DNA of 31,562 bases from a virus (taxonomy: Duplodnaviria > Caudoviricetes): the IMG/VR virus record IMGVR_UViG_3300020042_001096, positions 1-31,562 of that record. One strand, given 5' to 3'. Positions 6,799-14,934 of this stretch are shown here, in pieces (the stretch's first letter is position 1; the number at the start of each line of letters is the position of its first letter). Made by a program: the position numbers and the translations under genes. Below the pieces are notes generated by a model that worked only from the letters and a program-made list of their open reading frames with translations, had not been told where the DNA came from and made no database searches.

Positions 6799-7418
6799 AG
6801 CGTCACGAACAGAACCGCGCCAAACCATATAACATTTTCCCGGAACCTTCTAATCATATGTCTACGTTTGTTTGCTGCAATCTGTAGAAGTTTTAACTCT
6901 GTGATTCTTGCTGCTTCTTGTTGCTTGTTAATGCGCTCAACTGTCTTCTCGTACTTTGACCAAAGTGACCCAAGCTCTTTTGGTGCTTGGTACACCATTG
7001 TTTCACGTAGTTCTGCCATCATTGAATCCAACCGTGACTCAATAATAATCTTGCGTAATGCTCTGCGACCTAATGACTCTTGCCCTTTGTATACAGTTGT
7101 GTTTGCTATTTCTTCTGCTAGTAATGCTTTACTTAGCTGGTCCTGCGCGTCTAGCAATGCACCTAACTGATTACCAATGTCTGTGAACACATCGTTAGGA
7201 TCAGCCTTTGCTATTTCCTGAACTCTAACTACTTCCTCGTTGTATTGAATCTTCTGCGCTGGAGTAGGGTTCGGTATTTTATGAAACTGAGTTTTTAAAT
7301 CGTCTAATACTTCTTTTACGTCACCGGCTGCCCCTTTAATATCTTTATAAAGCTGACAGCCTTTCTTAACTGCAGCTACAGCAGCGTTTGCAAGCGCAAG
7401 TAAAGTGAGCGGATCAAT
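6735..7418 (-). CDS. Coiled-coil protein with C-terminal TM; probable ATT start (227 aa)
   Basis: The frame is open 76 codons upstream of the listed 7190 start (IDPLTLLALANAAVAAVKKGCQLYKDIKG...) up to an in-frame TAA at 7422-7424; AAGGGG SD lies 6 nt before ATT. Confidence 0.65.
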   Translation of the reverse strand: MDPLTLLALANAAVAAVKKGCQLYKDIKGAAGDVKEVLDDLKTQFHKIPNPTPAQKIQYNEEVVRVQEIAKADPNDVFTDIGNQLGALLDAQDQLSKALLAEEIANTTVYKGQESLGRRALRKIIIESRLDSMMAELRETMVYQAPKELGSLWSKYEKTVERINKQQEAARITELKLLQIAANKRRHMIRRFRENVIWFGAVLFVTLWLISVLILIKTSKTASLGYY

Positions 7419-7421
7419 CTC

Positions 7422-7577
7422 TTACCCCTTTAGGACCAGCGATAAAAGAAGCATGATGATCGCACCAGCGCTGCCTATCAGAATAGCCTCTATCTTCTTT
7501 AGACGCGCCCAAATACCGTTGTATCGTTCAGCGCATACCATTTCATGTGCGTTCAATCTCGCCTCCAAATCGTCCAC
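7422..7577 (-). CDS. 51-aa XhlA/holin-like membrane protein
   Basis: GTG start after AAGGA; MDDLEARLNAHEMVCAERYNGIWARLKKIEAILIGSAGAIIMLLLSLVLKG is a coiled coil plus C-terminal TM. Confidence 0.7.
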   Translation of the reverse strand: MDDLEARLNAHEMVCAERYNGIWARLKKIEAILIGSAGAIIMLLLSLVLKG

Positions 7578-7590
7578 GACTTATCCTTTC

Positions 7591-7959
7591 TCATTCTGTA
7601 GTAACTTCTACCCAAGAAGTTGTAATTTCATCCCAAAAATACCTTCCATTTATAGGTTTTTGAATGGGCGGTTGCCAAACAAAATTTGCATCTAATGACC
7701 AACTAGAAAATGGTTTAGGTGGAATAAAAGCATCAATGTCTGAACGATATGTAAACCCTATACCAGCATAATTTCCTCGATAAGGAGTGCCGCCATTATT
7801 ATGAACATTACCTATAGTGTTATAACTTGTGCGTTTACAAACTTGTCCGCGAAAATCACCGTACCATTGTTCCCAATCTATACCATCTTCACCCTCGTTT
7901 TTCCCAACGATGACTTCAGTAACAATATTGTTTTCATCGAGAAATGCGTAGTGCGCCAT
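7591..7959 (-). CDS. Conserved tail-fibre-associated hypothetical protein (possible chaperone)
   Basis: MAHYAFLDENNIV...KRTSYNT...RGNYAGIG.TY...DAFIPPKPF.SW pattern, a family I recall sitting next to Gly-rich fibre genes. Confidence 0.7.
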   Translation of the reverse strand: MAHYAFLDENNIVTEVIVGKNEGEDGIDWEQWYGDFRGQVCKRTSYNTIGNVHNNGGTPYRGNYAGIGFTYRSDIDAFIPPKPFSSWSLDANFVWQPPIQKPINGRYFWDEITTSWVEVTTE

Positions 7960-8567
7960 TATTCTTCCCCTAAATTTAATCCAGTAAGGCTTTCATCCGA
8001 ACCTATGTATCCTTTAACAAACGTATTAAATGCAATGCTAATACGTGTTGCGTCATCTTCTTTTGTCTGAACCATGTGCATTAAATGCGAAGGAAACAAT
8101 ATCAAATCCCCAGCACCAACTTCAAACCACCATGAATCAGAGTTATAAAAATTGTATTCAGAGGCAGGAAATTTAATGCGTTCGTAACCATCTTTATAAA
8201 AATAAATTTTATCTACAGAACTATCAGCTTGTGGATAAAAAACACCAGACACTATGCTATTTGGATGTGCATGTTTATGATGGTATTGTCCTTTTTCTGT
8301 GTAATTAGCCCAACTTTGAGTTATGTACAAACTTACATCATATTTTGGTGCATGAATATTTTTAAAATATTCAATCATAGAATCTTCAATAAATCCACGT
8401 AGCTCTGTTAGTTCTTTGTTTTTTAAAATTTTTCTGTCTTTGCTAGTAATATTTCCTTCATTTGGATAGCGTTCTTGATATTTAATAAATTCCATTTCAA
8501 GTTCAGTCAAATCACGACCAAATTTAAAAAACGCTACAGGAGTTGGAAATAAATTATTTATTTTCAC
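7959..8567 (-). CDS. 2OG-Fe(II) oxygenase-like protein (TIGR02466-type)
   Basis: SWAN, HxHPNS.VSGVFY, GDLILFPSHLMH.V, RISIAFN motifs; GTG start. Confidence 0.85.
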   Translation of the reverse strand: MKINNLFPTPVAFFKFGRDLTELEMEFIKYQERYPNEGNITSKDRKILKNKELTELRGFIEDSMIEYFKNIHAPKYDVSLYITQSWANYTEKGQYHHKHAHPNSIVSGVFYPQADSSVDKIYFYKDGYERIKFPASEYNFYNSDSWWFEVGAGDLILFPSHLMHMVQTKEDDATRISIAFNTFVKGYIGSDESLTGLNLGEE

Positions 8568-8570
8568 AAA

Positions 8571-9485
8571 TCACCATTGAATATTTCCTGTGCCACTTGT
8601 AAATGTATAAATAGTATTTCCTCCAGATGTAGTTTTTGTATAACTTAAACCACCACCTATTGAAGTTAAATCTGAATTTGTTGATGGATAAGAAATAATT
8701 ACAACACCCGAACCACCGCCTCCGCCATTTGATCCACCACTACCTGTTGGGCCACCACCGCCTCCGCCACCACCAGTATTAGCAGTTCCGCTATTGCCAT
8801 TTCCACTATTTACACCATTAGCACCACCACCTTTATCGGCTGTAGTTGATGTATTCCCACCTAAACCTCCGCCTCCATTGGTGGTTGAGCTACCTGCACC
8901 ACCACCAGCGTAACTTTTTGAGCTTCCAGAAATTGAAGAAAATGCAGCAGTTCCACCATTACCTCCCGCACCAGAGGTGCCACTAGAACCTCCTCCACCA
9001 GCACCACCGCCACCACCTCCGCCATATCCTGGAGCAACCCATACACCTGTGCCACCGTTGTTTCCTTGTCCTGGAGTACCAGAACCACCTGGACCATCAT
9101 ATCTATTTCCTGGATAACCAGGATAATAAATTCCGCAACCGCCACCGCCAGAACCACCAGAAACACCATTCATGTATAATCTTGAAGATTCATCAGCAGA
9201 ACCGCCGCCACCACCGCCAGTTGAAGTTACACTAGAAAAAACAGAATTACTACCAGCCCCACCTTGTGCGCCATAGCCAGTTGATCCACCACCACCACCA
9301 CCAATTGTTACAGTAATACCTACTCCAGAACTTACAGACAAAGTTCCAGATAAATAACCTCCAGCGCCGCCACCACCGCCACGATCATATCCACCACCAG
9401 CACCAGCAGCAACAACTAAATAAGAAACGCTAGTTGGATTAGTTTTTCCAGCGCCAGCTAATAATAAATTAAGAACGCCTGACAT
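8571..9485 (-). CDS. Glycine-rich adhesin / tail-fibre tip protein
   Basis: YLVVAAGAGGG...GGGGAGG, ITVTIGGGG, ANTGGGGGG, GGSGVVIISY, YTFTSG; start re-called at TAATG (MSGVLNLLL). Confidence 0.8.
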   Translation of the reverse strand: MSGVLNLLLAGAGKTNPTSVSYLVVAAGAGGGYDRGGGGGAGGYLSGTLSVSSGVGITVTIGGGGGGSTGYGAQGGAGSNSVFSSVTSTGGGGGGSADESSRLYMNGVSGGSGGGGCGIYYPGYPGNRYDGPGGSGTPGQGNNGGTGVWVAPGYGGGGGGGAGGGGSSGTSGAGGNGGTAAFSSISGSSKSYAGGGAGSSTTNGGGGLGGNTSTTADKGGGANGVNSGNGNSGTANTGGGGGGGGPTGSGGSNGGGGGSGVVIISYPSTNSDLTSIGGGLSYTKTTSGGNTIYTFTSGTGNIQW

Positions 9486-10540
9486 TAGGTCAACCCCGAT
9501 CCTGAAATAATCCAAGTAGTAGAAGTCATTTTAATTGCTGATGCCATACCGTATTGCGCAAGCGATCTGCTGCCAGTAGTACCAGTGCCGGCTAAATACA
9601 GAGTGTCACTTGTGATTGCAATGGTTACTACTTGGCTAGTCATATTAATAAACGTCAGCACAGTACCCAATGGATAAGCCACGTTTGCATTTGAATCAAT
9701 CGTGAATGTTCGTGCGTTTGCATCTGTTGATGGGTGGAATATAACTTTGCCAGCATCAGCTAACACTGTTGTGTATGCAGCAGACTTGCTGCTTATAGGT
9801 ACATTCTTAAATCCAACTGCATCAGTGCCATCAGCAGTACAGTTGGTTAGTGTGCCTGAACTTGGAGTACCCAATGCACCACCGGGTGCAACATAGTCTG
9901 TACCAGCAGTAGCAGCCGACAACACGCCAGACGTACCTTTTAAAATACCTGTTGTGCTTGCGCGTTTAATCAACTTACCTGTAGTGCTATTAAACAATGC
10001 AATCTCAGAATCAACCGATAATGATGGTCCAGTAACATCACCAGTACCTGTATCACCTTTAGAAGCTAACACTAACCAATAAGCAGTTTGAGTTGCTGGG
10101 TTTTGATTGGTGCTAGCTTGAATAGCTAAATAACTTGAGCCACTTAAACTAACAACATCATTGACTGCATAAGTTGAGCCTGAACCCCACGCACCTCGCG
10201 GAGTAAATCCAACAGCAGCCGCAGCAGCCGATCCTTCGTACACAGAATAGAAGCAGACAAGCGCTGATCCAGTAGATGCAGCAGCCTGAATGTAATCACC
10301 TGCATTTACATTAATTGGTTTTGGCCAAGTGTATGTAGCGTTTGCAGCCACAGATATTCCAGTGGCCACAGTAGTAGTTGTTCCTAAACTCTGTATATAA
10401 ATTTTCAGAGTAATAGTTACAGCACTGCCAGTATTGTTTGCAAACACTAGGCCATGTACACTCGCTTCAAGTGTAGATGGGCAGGTATAGATTGTGGTAT
10501 CGCTTGTGCCAATCGCAATTGGCTTGCCTTTTAATGCCAT
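9485..10540 (-). CDS. Tail fibre protein with a CBM5/12-like module
   Basis: Thr/Ser/Gly-rich; RGAWGSGSTYAVNDVVSLSGSSY...YW motif; located downstream of the primary fibre. Confidence 0.75.
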   Translation of the reverse strand: MALKGKPIAIGTSDTTIYTCPSTLEASVHGLVFANNTGSAVTITLKIYIQSLGTTTTVATGISVAANATYTWPKPINVNAGDYIQAAASTGSALVCFYSVYEGSAAAAAVGFTPRGAWGSGSTYAVNDVVSLSGSSYLAIQASTNQNPATQTAYWLVLASKGDTGTGDVTGPSLSVDSEIALFNSTTGKLIKRASTTGILKGTSGVLSAATAGTDYVAPGGALGTPSSGTLTNCTADGTDAVGFKNVPISSKSAAYTTVLADAGKVIFHPSTDANARTFTIDSNANVAYPLGTVLTFINMTSQVVTIAITSDTLYLAGTGTTGSRSLAQYGMASAIKMTSTTWIISGSGLT

Positions 10541-10542
10541 GA

Positions 10543-11985
10543 TTAACTCCCGAAAACTAAGGCCATCGCCACTGGATCGGGGATAGCAGAAACAGAGGCG
10601 GCGGTTGCCGGTGTAAAGGTGAGTGCATTTGTAACGTCAGTGCTGCTTAATGTAATTGCTCCGGTCCTGGTATTAAAACTAGAAACACCTGTGCCTGTAA
10701 TATCAAATGCAGCCTGATCCCACGCAGATCCTGTCCAGATAAAAAGAAGGCTAGAAGTAGAGTTCCAATACAGCGCACCTGTTATCAACGCATTGCCATC
10801 ATTGTCTACCGATGGTGCGCTAGATTTAGCTCCAAGATATCGATCATCAAAACTATCGTAGCTTGCAGCAGCAGCAGTAGCAGATGCACTTGCAGACGTT
10901 GCGCTATTGGTTGCAGACAGTGCGCTGATGCTTGCTGATGTAGCCGCAGACTGAGCAGTTAATGCGTTTGTACTTGCACTTTGTACTGCACCTATGTTTG
11001 TGGCTACGGTGGTAATGTTAGCGCTGATAGGACCAAGTGCAGCTAGGTCAGCAGTCTGTAATGCCAGCAATCCAATCTGAGTAGACTGACCTGCCACTGT
11101 ACTAACCTGTGCCGACTGACCTGCTACCGTAGTAATCTGTGGGCTGATAGGGCCAAGAGCTGCGATGTTTGCAGTCTGTGCTGCAACAGCATTTAAGTTT
11201 GTCGAACTAAGCGCAGCGACTTGTACTACTTGAGTGCTGATACTTGATACGTTTGTAATCTGTGTAGCAATTGGAGCCAGCACTGCCATGTTGGCAGTAG
11301 CACCTGCAATTGCAGTAAGCTGTGCTGAGTTCAACGCAGCCACAGTTACTACGCTAGACGATATGCCAGCAACAGTTGTGATGCTTGCTGATATTGGCGC
11401 TAGTGTAGCTATGCTGGCCGATTGACCTGCAACAGTAACAACCTGGTTATCAATGGCTGCTACTACTTGTATTTCATCTGCAATGGCCGCAACGTCATCC
11501 ACGTTGGTAGATGTTGGGCCAGGCTCTGGATTACCATCATCATCAAATGCAAGATACTTGCCGGCACGCGCTGCCTTGCCAGGTAATGTCATGTTGATAG
11601 ATGTTGGATCTGTCTGTGGTGCCTGGAGCGCACGCTGCAAACCTTCAGCATTTTGCTGAGCAAAGATTGTTTGCTGGTCTAGCTCATCATTAACTGTGTT
11701 GGCAAAGAAGTCACCGCCAGTAACAAAGTCAGTGGTGCGCTGGATGCTCCGGTTGCCAACGATAGCAATCTGCGTTGCACCAGTAGGTGTAGCAGTCAGC
11801 GTAACAAAACCAGTACCATTACTATTGATAGTAACGGTGTAGTTTGTAGTTAGGGTGAGCAACGTGTTATCGCGGTAAACAGCGATATCCGTAGCAGTCA
11901 GGATCTCAAACGTAAAGTTATATGGGCCAGTTCCACTAGCCGCATAAACTACACGCCTGGTCACATTGGATATGGGAACGCCCAT
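10543..11985 (-). CDS. Primary tail fibre (T7 gp17-like N-terminal anchor)
   Basis: YNFTFEIL...DIAVY...LTTNYTV...ELDQQTIFAQQ anchor domain, ITTVA repeats, FDDRYLG, GALYWN motifs. Confidence 0.85.
   Translation of the reverse strand: MGVPISNVTRRVVYAASGTGPYNFTFEILTATDIAVYRDNTLLTLTTNYTVTINSNGTGFVTLTATPTGATQIAIVGNRSIQRTTDFVTGGDFFANTVNDELDQQTIFAQQNAEGLQRALQAPQTDPTSINMTLPGKAARAGKYLAFDDDGNPEPGPTSTNVDDVAAIADEIQVVAAIDNQVVTVAGQSASIATLAPISASITTVAGISSSVVTVAALNSAQLTAIAGATANMAVLAPIATQITNVSSISTQVVQVAALSSTNLNAVAAQTANIAALGPISPQITTVAGQSAQVSTVAGQSTQIGLLALQTADLAALGPISANITTVATNIGAVQSASTNALTAQSAATSASISALSATNSATSASASATAAAASYDSFDDRYLGAKSSAPSVDNDGNALITGALYWNSTSSLLFIWTGSAWDQAAFDITGTGVSSFNTRTGAITLSSTDVTNALTFTPATAASVSAIPDPVAMALVFGS
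11000..11500 (-). repeat. Protein-level repeats of about 10 residues, with a 40-41-residue super-repeat, in the tail fibre stalk
   Basis: LAPISASITTVA / LAPIATQITNVS / LGPISPQITTVA / LGPISANITTVA recur at spacings of 41, 41 and 40 aa. Confidence 0.8.
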
Positions 11986-12018
11986 AATTTAATCCTTTAT
12001 TTGCAATATATTACTAGA

Positions 12019-14934
12019 TTAATCTGGTTTATAGTAAATGCCATAAGACTGCCTTGCCTCGCCAATACTCATAATTTTATCTTCAATTTCAGGATATTCA
12101 ACAAGCAATTTCTTTTTTGAAAAGCTCATGAATTGGCTGTGGATCTTCTGCACTAACTTCTGCTTTTGATCCAATGGCAGCCGGTCAAAACCAGGCATAT
12201 TCATAGTGTCAAGAATGGCCTGTTTGGCTGGTGTTTCCTTGCCATAGATTGACAGCAATCTATTGTATTGCTCAGTTGATAACTCAATGGGAGACGAAAT
12301 AGAGTTGTCCCCTGATCCAATAGTGAATGACGTTTTCCTATCCGGCACCCCAATTGGTGATCCAATCCCAACCAATAAATCATCCACCTCAGAAAACTGA
12401 TCAGGTGATACCTTGGTGGGTAGCACCAGCTCAAGCGGATTACCCTGGCTGCGCTTCATCGTATCGCCCCACAGGTTTAATGATTCCGGCACCGACTCGC
12501 TAAAGTATGGCAGCCGGCTGCGGTACTGGTTAAACGCCTCAACAAAGCCACGCACGCCCATAGGCAAATCAGGATTAGCCTTGGTATCCTTCTTATTAGG
12601 ATCCAGCAAACGATCTATTGCAGCTACTGATGAGCTGTACGCACCAGCTGGAGATCCACCAATTAAGAAGCTACCAAACTGTTTGGTTAATCCGTTAACA
12701 ATCTTTTCACCATCTACTCGGCCAGACTCATTAAATCCGATTAGCTTGCCAACATCAGCAATGCCCTGCAAATAAGGCTGCTCTTTTAGGTACTCATACA
12801 GGCCATAGGTTGCACCAAGGAACACCTCTTCAACCTTGGTAGCATCTGGCTCATGTTTGGCATACTCAGCATAGTCAGCAGCAATGGCCATCAGAGCGCC
12901 AATCGGCTCCATACCCTGGAAGCTATACCATTTATCACCCAGCTTCATACTGTAAGGCTGCCAGCCTGTACGCATCAATGCTTCACGCTCTTCTTTGCGC
13001 TCTGGGCCTCGGCCACTAAGATTACCTTCTGCTGCCCAAAAAGCAAAGCCGGTTAATACAGTAGATCCTAACGATACCTTGGCAATTGCCATATCTCGCT
13101 GTGGTCCACCGGCTGCAATATCCTGCCGCCATCTAGATGACAGTGGTGCAAACGGTGTGCGCTCAATAACATTCAGACCAATGTTTGCCGGTGTTTTAAA
13201 AAATGGCACAATAATCTTGCCAACCGGGTGATTAAATACTCGCTGCAATTGAGCCAGGGCTGGCGGCAGATCTGCTTGGAAGGTGCCTTGCTTGGCAAAC
13301 TCCATGGCCGCCTCATCCAAATCTCGCGGTGGATTGGCCAGCAAATCCTCTGCTTCTTTTGTTGCGCGATCAATTGCATCTTGCTCACTTAAACCACCAT
13401 CAAGAGATTCTCGATAAACCTTCTTTGATCTGCGCGTTACCTGCGTATTCAGCTCCATGCGGTAAAGCACGCCCTTAAAGAATTCATCTTCCGTCATTAG
13501 CGCACGACCAGGCAAAGTGATTGCGGTGCCGTAGTAATCCATGCCTTTGCCAATCCAACTATCTGGATTAGCGCCTGTCATACGCTGCAATGATTCACCC
13601 ATGCTTTCCATAGGCTGTCGGCTAAGCTCAACCTTGCTGGCAATATCCATCTGTGGAGTATTGGATTTCCACGCCTTGGAAGCCATCTCAAAACCTTCTG
13701 CAATTCCATTGCGCAGAGATAGCGCCATTGTTAGCGCCTCATCTAACTCAACGCGCTCTGCCTCGCTGCCTGGTACTCGATCACCAAACCAGCGCAACCC
13801 AGGCGGGAGCTCACCAGCTCTTAACTTCTGCGGTAGGAAATTGGAATATAAGCCGGCAACCAATCGCTCTGGTATCTGATACAAACCAAACAACGAATTG
13901 GACATAATGTTTTTCGCATGCGTCACAGGAGAAGATAACAGGCCATTGATCCAGGTTGTCATCCAAACATCCTTGATGCCTGACATCATTGATTTCTCAA
14001 CCATGGAGTTTTTGGCTGCGCGTGTCTCAAGCGACAGATAAGATCTGGCCATATCCGTTAGCGCATTCTCTCCACCAAACTCATCTAATACTTGTTTCAG
14101 TGCCTGAGATTTACCATCGCGTGGGATCCGCATCACAGCCAGAGCTCGAGCTGTTTCTGTCTGGATTCCTTTAACGCCTTTTTGCACTAAGCCATGGAAA
14201 GCAATTTGCTGACGCAACGCAAGTTTATCAACGTCAGTGGCCAGGCCAGAATCAACCAACTTGAATAAGCGATCAAGCTCTGTTGCGCTTGACTCCAATA
14301 CCTGCAGAGCTTTGTAGGTATCCACAGCGCTAGGCAGCATGCCGCCATCAGGAGTAACTAAGCGTGCAAGGAATGATTCACTGATACCGCTGGCTTCCGC
14401 TTTCTTCTTAATCTCATCAAATGTCACGCGCTTGGTTTTGATACCAAGAGCATCAGACACGCCACCAATTACGGCAGCTGCATCATCTGTCTGGTAGCGC
14501 GATAGATTGAATGGCTCGACAGGCACACCGGCTGCACGCTCAGCTGTGGTTGGTGCTGGTTTACCCTTAGTTTTACCTGCCGCTGTACGCGCTTCTGTGG
14601 CCTGTTTAACTTTATCAACTAGTTGTTGATCTGCTTCAGGTATTAAAACAGTGCGGCCAACCTTGCCAGGTTCTGGCAATTGACCTGCGGGTGTTTCACC
14701 AGGCACAAGTCTGCGCCCAGCACTTGGCTTTATCTCGGTAACTGCTTTGCGCAGAATTGAACTAAGGCCGGCAACCTGCATGCCATCCATATTGGGAGAG
14801 CCAGGCTCACCAGATAAAGTATCTACTGATTCGGCAGGAGCTTCAATTGGTAATGGCTCAAGCTGCACTTCTTCGGCAGCTGGTGCAGCTTGCTCTGGCA
14901 GAATAGATGTTAGACGCTGCTCAAGTGTGGCCAT
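12019..14934 (-). CDS. Large internal virion (ejection) protein, gp16-like position
   Basis: 971 aa, helical; NGLLSSP.TH, PFFKTP.NI, GWQPYS motifs; last core gene before the tail fibre. Confidence 0.75.
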   Translation of the reverse strand: MATLEQRLTSILPEQAAPAAEEVQLEPLPIEAPAESVDTLSGEPGSPNMDGMQVAGLSSILRKAVTEIKPSAGRRLVPGETPAGQLPEPGKVGRTVLIPEADQQLVDKVKQATEARTAAGKTKGKPAPTTAERAAGVPVEPFNLSRYQTDDAAAVIGGVSDALGIKTKRVTFDEIKKKAEASGISESFLARLVTPDGGMLPSAVDTYKALQVLESSATELDRLFKLVDSGLATDVDKLALRQQIAFHGLVQKGVKGIQTETARALAVMRIPRDGKSQALKQVLDEFGGENALTDMARSYLSLETRAAKNSMVEKSMMSGIKDVWMTTWINGLLSSPVTHAKNIMSNSLFGLYQIPERLVAGLYSNFLPQKLRAGELPPGLRWFGDRVPGSEAERVELDEALTMALSLRNGIAEGFEMASKAWKSNTPQMDIASKVELSRQPMESMGESLQRMTGANPDSWIGKGMDYYGTAITLPGRALMTEDEFFKGVLYRMELNTQVTRRSKKVYRESLDGGLSEQDAIDRATKEAEDLLANPPRDLDEAAMEFAKQGTFQADLPPALAQLQRVFNHPVGKIIVPFFKTPANIGLNVIERTPFAPLSSRWRQDIAAGGPQRDMAIAKVSLGSTVLTGFAFWAAEGNLSGRGPERKEEREALMRTGWQPYSMKLGDKWYSFQGMEPIGALMAIAADYAEYAKHEPDATKVEEVFLGATYGLYEYLKEQPYLQGIADVGKLIGFNESGRVDGEKIVNGLTKQFGSFLIGGSPAGAYSSSVAAIDRLLDPNKKDTKANPDLPMGVRGFVEAFNQYRSRLPYFSESVPESLNLWGDTMKRSQGNPLELVLPTKVSPDQFSEVDDLLVGIGSPIGVPDRKTSFTIGSGDNSISSPIELSTEQYNRLLSIYGKETPAKQAILDTMNMPGFDRLPLDQKQKLVQKIHSQFMSFSKKKLLVEYPEIEDKIMSIGEARQSYGIYYKPD

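Noticed and set aside
8861-9169. Val-rich 102-aa alternate-frame ORF
   Set aside because: Frame-shifted read of GGT/GGC repeats in the Gly-rich gene.
8571-9485. CCACCA/CCGCCA runs as a DNA repeat array, CRISPR or DGR variable region
   Set aside because: They are glycine codons; there are no spacers, no template/variable repeat pair and no reverse transcriptase.
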